A stretch of 64,000 nt of DNA from a virus: positions 3,892 to 67,891 of the IMG/VR virus record IMGVR_UViG_3300005613_000054; one strand, written 5' to 3'. A program made the translations under genes and the position numbers. The stretch's first letter is position 1. Each line of letters begins with the position of its first letter. This document shows, one piece after another, positions 9,250 to 16,514 of the stretch. Under the pieces are notes generated by a model. That model was not told the DNA's origin. It saw nothing but the letters and a program-made list of their open reading frames with translations, and searched no databases.

Positions 9250-9990
9250 ATGTTCAAAACAGACGGTTCAGTTCATCACGGCGGCATCCAAAACGAGTTG
9301 GATACTATCGACTTTCTTAATAGCATCAAACGCTATCAACAACTCGTTGAACATCGTGGTGGAACTGGTCAAAAAGCAGATGCAGTCTGCGAGAAATACC
9401 TTAGCATCAAGCGTAAGAAAGGCATCAAGAATGGATCTTTCGACTGGTGCAACACTTCAATTTACAACGATACTTTTGGTGATCACTTCACCGAGTTTCT
9501 GGAAGATGTGAAGCAGCATCGTCAACTTCCCGTAGAACTTCGGGAGGTTGCTGTTACTTTCCTTCGTAACGATCTTAACAACTTGTGCGAGACTGCACTA
9601 GAATCGTTGTCTGCTGATCGCCTGATTGCACTGCTGAAGGATATTTTCAGCAAGCAAGAAGGATACGACATTGTTATCAACGACACTGAATCGAAGGAAG
9701 TTTTCATCTTTGCTGCTGAGCAACATCCTGTGCTCGCTGCTATCGAGCAGGGTTACATTCCTGAGTTGGTGTCTACCCGTGGTGCTAAGTCTTCCCGTAA
9801 GATTGTATTCCGCAAGGGCAACGAGACTATCAACACCGGTCTGCGTCTTCGCGTGACCAGTAACAACGGAATCAATGCTTTTCTGGGTCTGAGTGAAGCA
9901 AACAAAAACAGTCAGATTGTTATCAAACTACAGCAAGATGCTGTCGGTCAATTAGTGATTGATACTAAGGCAGACCGATACGCTTACTGA
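9250..9990 (+). CDS. Putative PD-(D/E)xK-type (restriction endonuclease-like) protein
   Basis: NE...GGTGQKADA...LSIKRKK resembles a PD-(D/E/S)xK core; adjacent to a DNA methyltransferase. The ORF is certain, the function is inferred. Confidence 0.5.
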   Translation: MFKTDGSVHHGGIQNELDTIDFLNSIKRYQQLVEHRGGTGQKADAVCEKYLSIKRKKGIKNGSFDWCNTSIYNDTFGDHFTEFLEDVKQHRQLPVELREVAVTFLRNDLNNLCETALESLSADRLIALLKDIFSKQEGYDIVINDTESKEVFIFAAEQHPVLAAIEQGYIPELVSTRGAKSSRKIVFRKGNETINTGLRLRVTSNNGINAFLGLSEANKNSQIVIKLQQDAVGQLVIDTKADRYAY

Positions 9991-10006
9991 TACATTTGAA
10001 CTACTC

Positions 10007-10036
10007 AAGAACCCTGTCCACGACAGGGTTCTTTTG
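10007..10036 (+). terminator. Intrinsic terminator (possibly bidirectional)
   Basis: AAGAACCCTGTC-CAC-GACAGGGTTCTT, ending in a T-run. Confidence 0.8.
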
Positions 10037-10067
10037 TTATCAACAATCGATTTTTTGGTGTTTTCGC

Positions 10068-10096
10068 TGGACAGGATCCATAGGGTGTGGTAAACT
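10068..10096 (+). promoter_or_regulatory. Sigma70-type promoter with extended -10
   Basis: TGGACA-17 bp-(TGG)TAAACT upstream of the MTase. Confidence 0.6.
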
Positions 10097-10120
10097 GTAA
10101 AAACGAGGAAAAAAACCAAA

Positions 10121-11059
10121 TTGATCACAATTCTCCAACAATCTGCTGAGCAGATGCACACCATCAGTCAGGATTTTGACCTGATTTATATGGATCCCCC
10201 CTTTGGATTGCAGCGTGATTTTAACATGCTGGAGCAGGATGGTGAGCAAAAAGGTTTCAGTGACTGGTGGGAATCGTTCGATGATTATATTCAGTGGTAT
10301 GCACAGATTATCAATGCTGGATATAAGAAACTGAAGAAGGATGGGTGGTTATATTTGCACAACAATTTCATCGGCAACGCATTAGTCTTGTCGCATGTTG
10401 ATGATAACATTAGAAACGACTTCTATACTAACATCAGTTGGAAAAGATCAGGTCCAAAGAATAACATTAAGAACGGTTGGGGTAACATTGTAGATTCTAT
10501 CCTGGTTATCAAGAAAGGCAACCCATTCTTTCAGGTTGAGTATACTGACCTTGATCCCAAATATGAGAAGAACTCCTTTAAGAATAAGGACGTAAAGGGT
10601 TACTATGCACTAGCAAAAACCACAGGTGAGAAGTCACGACCATGCCGAAGATTTGACTTCAAAGGATATAATCCTGAGTATGGTTGGCGGATCAGTGAGG
10701 ATCTATTGCATGAACTTGCTGATGCTAATATGTTACATTACGGCAAGAATACGATCTACAAGAAGATTTACCTTGAGGACAATAAAGGTGTGCCTGTCCA
10801 GAACTTGTGGGATGACGTATACTTTATTAGCAGAAGTGAGAGCAACAAAAGAAAGTATCCCACACAAAAACCACTGAAATTGTTGGAAAGAATTATCAAG
10901 TCATCTTGCCCTCCTGGTGGTTATGTTTTTGACCCATTCTGTGGATCGGGAACAACAGCAATCGCGGCACAAGTGTTGGGTAGAAATTGTTACACAAGTG
11001 ACGTTAATCCTACCGCGATTGAGTTAGTAAAAGATGCCTGTGGTGTGACTCTGTTCTAA
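10121..11059 (+). CDS. Beta-class amino-DNA methyltransferase (N6A/N4C)
   Basis: N-terminal catalytic motif DPPF; YPTQKP; C-terminal motif I DPFCGSGTT; TTG start. Confidence 0.92.
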   Translation: MITILQQSAEQMHTISQDFDLIYMDPPFGLQRDFNMLEQDGEQKGFSDWWESFDDYIQWYAQIINAGYKKLKKDGWLYLHNNFIGNALVLSHVDDNIRNDFYTNISWKRSGPKNNIKNGWGNIVDSILVIKKGNPFFQVEYTDLDPKYEKNSFKNKDVKGYYALAKTTGEKSRPCRRFDFKGYNPEYGWRISEDLLHELADANMLHYGKNTIYKKIYLEDNKGVPVQNLWDDVYFISRSESNKRKYPTQKPLKLLERIIKSSCPPGGYVFDPFCGSGTTAIAAQVLGRNCYTSDVNPTAIELVKDACGVTLF

Positions 11060-11101
11060 GTGTCTACTGATACCCCACAGGGCACTGAAATGCCCTATAC
11101 T
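11045..11101 (+). promoter_or_regulatory. Early-type promoter cassette, copy 6
   Basis: GTGAC...GTGTCTAC...CCACAGGGCA..TGCCC-TATACT. Confidence 0.75.
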
Positions 11102-11125
11102 AAGTTCATCAAAGGGATTCAAACC

Positions 11126-11371
11126 ATGCCCCACATCGATCGCAACTCAGTCCGAATCATCAACGGCACTGCACTCAAAGTAATCACCGCTGATGGTATG
11201 GATCGCACTCAAATTAACACCCATTTGCACTATCTCAACGTAGAGATGGATAAACTTCGGGCAAAACAAGCGGTTTTGATTGCTCGTCGTGATGCCATAG
11301 ATCATGAGTGTGAAATGCTAGAACGTGCAGACGCTGCTGAAGATCTTTTCGCTGAAATGTTCGGAGGTTGA
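11126..11371 (+). CDS. Hypothetical early protein
   Basis: MPHIDRNSVRIING...EDLFAEMFGG; start chosen downstream of the promoter. Confidence 0.7.
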   Translation: MPHIDRNSVRIINGTALKVITADGMDRTQINTHLHYLNVEMDKLRAKQAVLIARRDAIDHECEMLERADAAEDLFAEMFGG

Positions 11372-11374
11372 GTA

Positions 11375-11563
11375 ATGTCTTTAATTAAAAAAGTTTATCT
11401 CGAACAATTGACTGCCCGTGAACAACTTATGGAAGACATTGATGCAATCATTGATGGATTCTTTAATGATACTTACGAGGCACAATATCCTGAGGAACGT
11501 GATGATCTGATTCGCATCTTATGTGATGCTGTTTGTAAGAATTGGACAATTAAGACAGTTTAA
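11375..11563 (+). CDS. Small hypothetical protein (paralog of 15190-15342)
   Basis: REQLMEDIDAI...LIRILCDAVCKN. Confidence 0.75.
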   Translation: MSLIKKVYLEQLTAREQLMEDIDAIIDGFFNDTYEAQYPEERDDLIRILCDAVCKNWTIKTV

Positions 11564-11609
11564 GAACTGTCCACAAAACCCCCCACAGCAGGGCAAAATG
11601 CTGTATATT
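11553..11609 (+). promoter_or_regulatory. Early-type promoter cassette, copy 7
   Basis: GACAGT...ACTGTCCAC, 26 bp identical to copy 5, TATATT. Confidence 0.8.
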
Positions 11610-11632
11610 GTAAAGGTGATCAACGGAGCACA

Positions 11633-11773
11633 ATGATTTCAGTCGAAACCGAGTTTCACATTGTTAGCGTTGAAAAGCGCGAATGGAAAGAAATTCAAAA
11701 GTTTTGTGATGCTGAAGGTATCACTCCAGACTACTACTTCTGGGAGTTTGCAATGCTTGAAGATGAAGAGTAA
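11633..11773 (+). CDS. Small hypothetical protein (46 aa)
   Basis: Manual ORF MISVETEFHIV...EGITPDYYFWEFAMLEDEE; GGAG RBS. Confidence 0.7.
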   Translation: MISVETEFHIVSVEKREWKEIQKFCDAEGITPDYYFWEFAMLEDEE

Positions 11774-11809
11774 CTAACACTTTTACTGCACACCTTTCTT
11801 TTCACTAAC

Positions 11810-11956
11810 ATGACTACTCACATTATTGAAGTTCATCCCCAAACTGGTTATGTTTTCCGTGAGGAAATTCAACATGAAAATGTATATGTAGCGTTGCAGA
11901 TTGCAAAGCAGCGTTATCCTAACGCCAAATATATTTCAAGGGTTGGGACAAAATAG
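11810..11956 (+). CDS. Small hypothetical protein (48 aa)
   Basis: Manual ORF MTTHIIEVHPQTGY...AKQRYPNAKYISRVGTK. Confidence 0.65.
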   Translation: MTTHIIEVHPQTGYVFREEIQHENVYVALQIAKQRYPNAKYISRVGTK

Positions 11957-12010
11957 ACAGTCCGCTAGGTGTCCACTAAATCACCACAGGGCACTCCGGT
12001 GCCCTATAAT
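11955..12010 (+). promoter_or_regulatory. Early-type promoter cassette, copy 8
   Basis: GACAGT...GTGTCCAC...CCAC-AGGGCAC..GTGCCC-TATAAT. Confidence 0.8.
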
Positions 12011-12034
12011 TAGATCAACAAAGCAACGGAGACC

Positions 12035-12385
12035 ATGACTACAGCAATCGAGACAAACTATTCTCAGATGTGCTACGATCTTGCCGATGATCTCAACAAT
12101 CGTTGGAAAGTTGATGCAATCGAAAGCAGCAACCATTTCTATCACAAACTAGAGGTCGAAGTTGCTAAGAAATATGTAAAGATTTGGGTCTCACATGTGC
12201 CCTTCAAAGGTGATAGCAAACTCCCTAGTCGTTCGATCTGGATGTTTGTAGACAAGACCAACGGTTTCTGTTACAAACCTGCTAGCACCAAAGCACCTGC
12301 TAAGGGTGTCCGATTTGGTCTCTATCAGTTGCTCGCTTATCCCGAGACTTGTGATAAGTTTGGTTCCTTTCTTTACCGTCGCTGA
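12035..12385 (+). CDS. Conserved phage hypothetical protein
   Basis: KKYVKI...FVDKTNG..YKPASTKAPAKGVR; GGAG RBS. Confidence 0.8.
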   Translation: MTTAIETNYSQMCYDLADDLNNRWKVDAIESSNHFYHKLEVEVAKKYVKIWVSHVPFKGDSKLPSRSIWMFVDKTNGFCYKPASTKAPAKGVRFGLYQLLAYPETCDKFGSFLYRR

Positions 12386-12391
12386 TTGATC

Positions 12392-12949
12392 ATGAACTTC
12401 AAGAAATTCTTTGCTACTGTTGTTGCTTCCGCTGCAGTATTTGCCCCAGTTGGTGTACTCGCACAAGATGCAAAAGAGCGTGCTCATCAACAACTTTGGG
12501 AGGCAGTCCAGCGGGTTGGTGTTCATGCCGTCACCAATTCTCCCAACTTTTGTGATGGTAAGCACCATGGATTTTATGCTCCTGCAGAACGTCTGATGGT
12601 CATTTGTCAAGATAATGCTAACGCTTACGACGGCAGAATGGTGCCTTGGAGTGATAATGATTTCGACACATTGCGCCACGAAGCGCATCACATTGTCCAA
12701 GATTGTTCGTTGGGTGGATTAGGCGATCAGCGAGAAACTGCCTTTATTGGTAAAGACAAAGAACTGCTGCAGTTTATTCAACATAGTGGACTCACAAAAG
12801 ATCAACTTAACTGGATCGTGGATAGTTACAAGAAACGCGGTGCAAATGATCATGTGATTAAACTTGAGTTGGAAGCATTTGCAGTTGCAGCATCAGTCAA
12901 AGCGGACACAATTGCTGAGGCTCTGATTGCTACTTGTGGGGTCCGATAA
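12392..12949 (+). CDS. Signal-peptide-bearing zinc metallopeptidase-like protein
   Basis: N-terminal MNFKKFFATVVASAAVFAPVGVLA; HEAHH (HExxH) plus downstream ELEA. Confidence 0.7.
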   Translation: MNFKKFFATVVASAAVFAPVGVLAQDAKERAHQQLWEAVQRVGVHAVTNSPNFCDGKHHGFYAPAERLMVICQDNANAYDGRMVPWSDNDFDTLRHEAHHIVQDCSLGGLGDQRETAFIGKDKELLQFIQHSGLTKDQLNWIVDSYKKRGANDHVIKLELEAFAVAASVKADTIAEALIATCGVR

Positions 12950-12983
12950 TACCTTACAACAGACAGTAAGGTACAATCTACCT

Positions 12984-13040
12984 GTGACGGTCCCCAAACC
13001 GTCCTCAAAGGGCACACAGGCACCGCAGGGGTGCTATACT
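12984..13040 (+). promoter_or_regulatory. Early-type promoter cassette, copy 9
   Basis: GACGGT...ACCGTCC...CACAG-GCACC..GGTGC-TATACT. Confidence 0.75.
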
Positions 13041-13067
13041 AAGTTCATCAAACAAAGGGAGAACCCC

Positions 13068-13319
13068 ATGCAACTGACCAGCAAAGACGGTAACATGGTT
13101 GTTGATTTCTATCCCGTCAAATTTGCAACGGGTGAAGTTCACAATCGTCTGGTTCTGAAAGTTGTTACTTTCTCCAACGATGTTCAGTCTCAGCGTTACA
13201 TCAACAAAAAAGATGTGCAAGGTGAGGTTGATTCCCGTGTTGCCGGTTATGGTTACAAGATCACCCGAGTTGAGTCTCCTGCCCAACTGTTAAACACTGC
13301 TCTGGGATGTGCCTGCTGA
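13068..13319 (+). CDS. Conserved phage hypothetical protein
   Basis: MQLTSKDGNMVVDFYPVK...; GGGGAG RBS. Confidence 0.8.
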   Translation: MQLTSKDGNMVVDFYPVKFATGEVHNRLVLKVVTFSNDVQSQRYINKKDVQGEVDSRVAGYGYKITRVESPAQLLNTALGCAC

Positions 13320-13358
13320 GGCAACAGTTAGTAACACTTTCACCCCACAATTCTCATC

Positions 13359-13508
13359 ATGACTGTTATGCTCACTAAAGAAGATCATGATTTTGTTGAC
13401 TTTTTGTTCGGCAAACTCATCAAACATGTTGATACTGAAATGATAGATTTGCAGGATGATGATACCTGCTGTGACCACATTCAATTCACTCAACTGGAGA
13501 TTTTCTGA
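13359..13508 (+). CDS. Small hypothetical protein (49 aa)
   Basis: Manual ORF MTVMLTKEDHDFVDFLFGKL...CCDHIQFTQLEIF; TGATG-coupled to the next gene. Confidence 0.65.
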   Translation: MTVMLTKEDHDFVDFLFGKLIKHVDTEMIDLQDDDTCCDHIQFTQLEIF

Positions 13509-13696
13509 TGCAATTCCTAGTCGATCACATTGAATTTGATTTTGATGAAGAACTCACCCGCGATGAAAAGATTGATGTTCTAGATGATAACATTGGTCTG
13601 TGGGACGCTGATGATGAAGACGATCTAATTGAGGAAATTACAACATCATCCGGTTGGTGTATTAAATCTATCAACTATCGCCATTTGCTCAAATGA
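13508..13696 (+). CDS. Small acidic hypothetical protein
   Basis: IEFDF...WDADDEDDLIEEITTSSGWCIKSINY. Confidence 0.75.
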   Translation: MQFLVDHIEFDFDEELTRDEKIDVLDDNIGLWDADDEDDLIEEITTSSGWCIKSINYRHLLK

Positions 13697-13962
13697 CTAA
13701 CAACATCACACAGGCAGAAAGAGAACAGTTCTGGGAGGATCCCGACATCACAAACCAACCAAACCAAAGCATCATGGACCTGGACGGATTGCGAGACAAT
13801 TATGCTCATTACATTGTTGACGGTTTGGATCTGGATTCGGTTGTAGAACTTGCTTTTGAGTATATCCGTGGGAATTTGCAAGAGTATACTGAGAAGGAGT
13901 TAATTGCCGAGATTGTAGACAATTATGATCAGGAAACGCTGGAAGGACTGACGGAACACTAA
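13693..13962 (+). CDS. Hypothetical protein
   Basis: ATGA-coupled ORF, 89 aa, acidic. Confidence 0.7.
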   Translation: MTNNITQAEREQFWEDPDITNQPNQSIMDLDGLRDNYAHYIVDGLDLDSVVELAFEYIRGNLQEYTEKELIAEIVDNYDQETLEGLTEH

Positions 13963-14004
13963 CTGGCACACAAAACAGGCACAGTGCCCCAGATGCCCTA
14001 CAAT
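13949..14004 (+). promoter_or_regulatory. Early-type promoter cassette, copy 10
   Basis: GACGG...CTGGCAC...GGCACAG..TGCCC-TACAAT. Confidence 0.7.
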
Positions 14005-14030
14005 AGGATCAACAAAGCAAAGGGAACCAA

Positions 14031-14231
14031 ATGACCACCATCATCAACAATCCTGATTTTATCAGTGCAATCGAAGGACTGCAATCCTTTATTTTTGATA
14101 GTGGTGCCGATTGTGATATGGCGTACGATTGGGTCTGCGATCAGGCAGAATGTTCCTCTTTTGTTGAAGACAAAGCGGCATGGGATATGTTCTATGATGT
14201 TTATGATTCCACTCAAGATCTGGACGCTTGA
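14031..14231 (+). CDS. Small hypothetical protein
   Basis: MTTIINNPDF...DMAYDWVCDQAE; downstream of the promoter. Confidence 0.7.
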   Translation: MTTIINNPDFISAIEGLQSFIFDSGADCDMAYDWVCDQAECSSFVEDKAAWDMFYDVYDSTQDLDA

Positions 14232-14258
14232 TAACACTAACCCACACACAAAACCATC

Positions 14259-14423
14259 ATGACCAAACGCGAAGCACTGAGGATTTTTAAGAACGATCTC
14301 ATGGGAGTTGTGCCTGGAGATGACATCTACACCCGCGAGAATTGGAACAATTACACCGATTTCTTGTGCAAGAAAGGTGACATCACCATGAGGCAATACG
14401 AGACTTGGGATAACCCTTTCTGA
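14259..14423 (+). CDS. Small hypothetical protein (54 aa)
   Basis: Manual ORF MTKREALRIFK...ENWNNYTDFLCKKGDITMRQYETWDNPF. Confidence 0.7.
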   Translation: MTKREALRIFKNDLMGVVPGDDIYTRENWNNYTDFLCKKGDITMRQYETWDNPF

Positions 14424-14442
14424 TCACACACTCACTAACATC

Positions 14443-14589
14443 ATGAACCGCGAAGATTTCAATTTCCAGTTACAAGAACTCCGCACACAGTTGAAAGACA
14501 AAAGGAATGAAATCAATGCGATCAGTGATAAGATTGAAAGACTAAAGGCAGAATGGAGAATTTCAAGGATAATGCAACCAGTTCGCTAA
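14443..14589 (+). CDS. Small coiled-coil hypothetical protein (48 aa)
   Basis: Manual ORF MNREDFNFQLQELRTQLKDKRNEINAISDKIERLKAEW... Confidence 0.6.
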   Translation: MNREDFNFQLQELRTQLKDKRNEINAISDKIERLKAEWRISRIMQPVR

Positions 14590-14635
14590 CTGTCCATTAC
14601 ATAACCGCCACTTAACCTTGATCTGCAATTATAAG
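14578..14635 (+). promoter_or_regulatory. Degenerate early-type promoter cassette, copy 11
   Basis: CCAGT...ACTGTCCA with a weak -10. Confidence 0.45.
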
Positions 14636-14638
14636 AGC

Positions 14639-14746
14639 ATGAACCACTACCTCGCCGCTGCCCTTCTGATGGTCGTTGCTATCGGGTTCCCCATGCTGTG
14701 TGCTGCCCTAGGAATGAAAGTTGACCCTCGCCGCCCTTGGTGGTGA
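14639..14746 (+). CDS. Small hydrophobic (single-TM) peptide, 35 aa
   Basis: Manual ORF MNHYLAAALLMVVAIGFPMLCAALGMKVDPRRPWW. Confidence 0.55.
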   Translation: MNHYLAAALLMVVAIGFPMLCAALGMKVDPRRPWW

Positions 14747-14799
14747 CGGTCACCGAACCGTCTACTTTTCCCCCCATTGCCCCCCAAACATCCTATACT
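14743..14799 (+). promoter_or_regulatory. Early-type promoter cassette, copy 12
   Basis: GACGGT...ACCGTCTAC...TATACT. Confidence 0.7.
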
Positions 14800-14826
14800 A
14801 AGATCAACAAACAAACGGAGACCACC

Positions 14827-15168
14827 ATGCGTAAGATCGAACTTCAGATGAACAAAGCAATCGAAGACAAAAAAGATTGGAGCAAGGATAACACTTCGGT
14901 GTCCTATAATGAAGAACTCGATTGCAGCATTGTTCGTTTGTATGGTAACAAGATTGCAGAGATCTACGAGGGTAAAATTGTACTCTTCGACGGTGGGTTT
15001 CAATCAGTAACCACCAAAAGTCGCCTGAACGCGATTATTGATGGAAACGGTGGATTTGGGTCGGAAGGTGTATTTCAAAAGGACTGGGATTGGTTTGTTC
15101 GTATCTACGATTATGCGACCAAAACTTTCAACGTGGTAGACTTCCAAAATGGTTTAGTTCTTGCCTGA
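14827..15168 (+). CDS. Conserved phage hypothetical protein
   Basis: MRKIELQMNKAI...LYGNKIA...DGGFQSVTTKSRLNAI; GGAG RBS. Confidence 0.8.
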   Translation: MRKIELQMNKAIEDKKDWSKDNTSVSYNEELDCSIVRLYGNKIAEIYEGKIVLFDGGFQSVTTKSRLNAIIDGNGGFGSEGVFQKDWDWFVRIYDYATKTFNVVDFQNGLVLA

Positions 15169-15189
15169 TTCATCCCCTACATTATCACT

Positions 15190-15342
15190 ATGGACCGACT
15201 TGAAATGTTATCTCAACGTGAACAACTAATGGAGGACATTGATGCGATTGTTGAGGATTTTTGTCCGTTTGGAACGGAAGGAAATGATGAATTAGTTCGC
15301 GTCCTGTGTGATGCAGTCTGCCGTAATTTTCCCACTAACTAA
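15190..15342 (+). CDS. Small hypothetical protein (paralog of 11375-11563)
   Basis: Manual ORF MDRLEMLSQREQLMEDIDAIVEDF...ELVRVLCDAVCRNFPTN. Confidence 0.75.
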   Translation: MDRLEMLSQREQLMEDIDAIVEDFCPFGTEGNDELVRVLCDAVCRNFPTN

Positions 15343-15358
15343 CAACAACACCAACACA

Positions 15359-15502
15359 ATGAACGACAACGAACTTGACTATTCACAGGATTTCGATTAC
15401 AATGGAGACTGGACAGATCCAGATGATATTGTAACAATCCTAGACGGCAATATCCAAGAAAACTTCGACAACGAAACCAACCAACTTTTGGAGCAATTCT
15501 GA
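15359..15502 (+). CDS. Small acidic hypothetical protein
   Basis: MNDNELDYSQDFDY...NQLLEQF; TGATG-coupled. Confidence 0.6.
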   Translation: MNDNELDYSQDFDYNGDWTDPDDIVTILDGNIQENFDNETNQLLEQF

Positions 15503-15801
15503 TGAACAACTACAACACAGTTCCTGAAGTCCTAAGGGCACAGATCGAGGATTTCATTACAGATAGTTCTTCCAATGGTAGAACCAATGCAGTGAAAGAT
15601 CTGCTGCAAGTTATCAAGGAAGCAGTCGAAGATACGGGTCATTATTATCAAGTTTGCAAGCACACTTGTGACCTGTATAGTGATGATCTAAAAGGGCAAG
15701 ATCTCAACCCAGTGAACAACCTAGTCAAACTACGTTATGAAGAGATCACCAAAGGAATTGCTGTCAGCGATGCTAAAGACATCGCTCCAGATGAGTGTTA
15801 A
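15502..15801 (+). CDS. Hypothetical protein (99 aa)
   Basis: ORF track; last gene before the non-coding stretch. Confidence 0.7.
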   Translation: MNNYNTVPEVLRAQIEDFITDSSSNGRTNAVKDLLQVIKEAVEDTGHYYQVCKHTCDLYSDDLKGQDLNPVNNLVKLRYEEITKGIAVSDAKDIAPDEC

Positions 15802-15837
15802 TTTACCACTCTAAATAACAGGTTGATTGGGTACGCG

Positions 15838-15900
15838 CAAATAATTATAATTATTAAAATAAATGTTAATTAGTATTGTAATTGACTGTTAATCTTATTC
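15838..15900. other. Very AT-rich tract (candidate DNA-unwinding element)
   Basis: AAAATAATTATAATTATTAAAATAAATGTTAATTAGTATTGTAATT...; non-coding. Confidence 0.5.
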
Positions 15901-15998
15901 CGTAATCTGATGAATCGTTGATCCGAATTCGTATCAGAGTAAGCAACATTTAAGTCGTTCTAAATGCCCGCAGTCGTTGTTACCTTAGCGAGCGACCT

Positions 15999-16027
15999 AT
16001 CATAACACAATTCACCCCAAAAGTCAA
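15999..16027 (-). promoter_or_regulatory. Leftward sigma70-type promoter with no downstream ORF
   Basis: On the minus strand TTGACT-17 bp-(TGT)TATGAT. Confidence 0.75.
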
Positions 16028-16041
16028 GTCCTCCGAGACAC

Positions 16042-16070
16042 TTTACAAACCGGCAAATTCGTGTTATAAT
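16042..16070 (+). promoter_or_regulatory. Sigma70-type promoter
   Basis: TTTACA-17 bp-(TGT)TATAAT, back-to-back with the leftward promoter. Confidence 0.7.
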
Positions 16071-16165
16071 GGGTGCAGTCTTCGGGTATAATTAGGGCAA
16101 CTTCGGGAATGACTTTGCCCGACCAAAAGACAGTCGATCTCACACACACTTTGAACCCACACATT

Positions 16166-16321
16166 ATGAACTCTGAACTTCTCATTGGTGCTCTGCGTAA
16201 GGGACAGTCAGGCAGTGAAATCCTCAGCATTCTTGATGCTTTGGTGGGAACAGTTTCTGATGATCAGTCTCGTCCTCAGAGTAATGCTAACTGGTCGTTG
16301 GATGATGTAAGCGACTTCTGA
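16166..16321 (+). CDS. Small hypothetical protein (51 aa)
   Basis: MNSELLIGALRKGQSGSEILSILDALVG... Confidence 0.65.
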   Translation: MNSELLIGALRKGQSGSEILSILDALVGTVSDDQSRPQSNANWSLDDVSDF

Positions 16322-16334
16322 TAAGTTATACACG

Positions 16335-16403
16335 AAGTAACACGAAGTGCCTCCACAGTTATTGTCGATTTCGGCAGTGATTGTGGGGGGTTTTGTGTTA
16401 CTT
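16335..16403 (+). terminator. Long G-U-rich RNA hairpin (terminator or processing stem)
   Basis: AAGTAACACGAAG..CCTCCACAGTTATTGTCGA pairs with TCGGCAGTGATTGTGGGGG..TTTTGTGTTACTT. Confidence 0.65.
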
Positions 16404-16514
16404 AGGGGGGGCGATGTAAAAACGCTTAACTACCCTAACCTACAGAGGTGACGATTCGCGAGAGTAATATAACGAAAACGAAAATTTTTTTCGCCACAAA
16501 AAATCCCCAGGGGG

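Noticed and set aside
10011-10030. CTGTCCAC as another early promoter cassette
   Set aside because: It is part of a terminator hairpin; no left arm 13 nt upstream and no -10 at +36.
8600-14800. CRISPR array or integron attC array
   Set aside because: Repeats are degenerate, irregularly spaced and tied to -10 boxes; no cas or integrase gene in the window.
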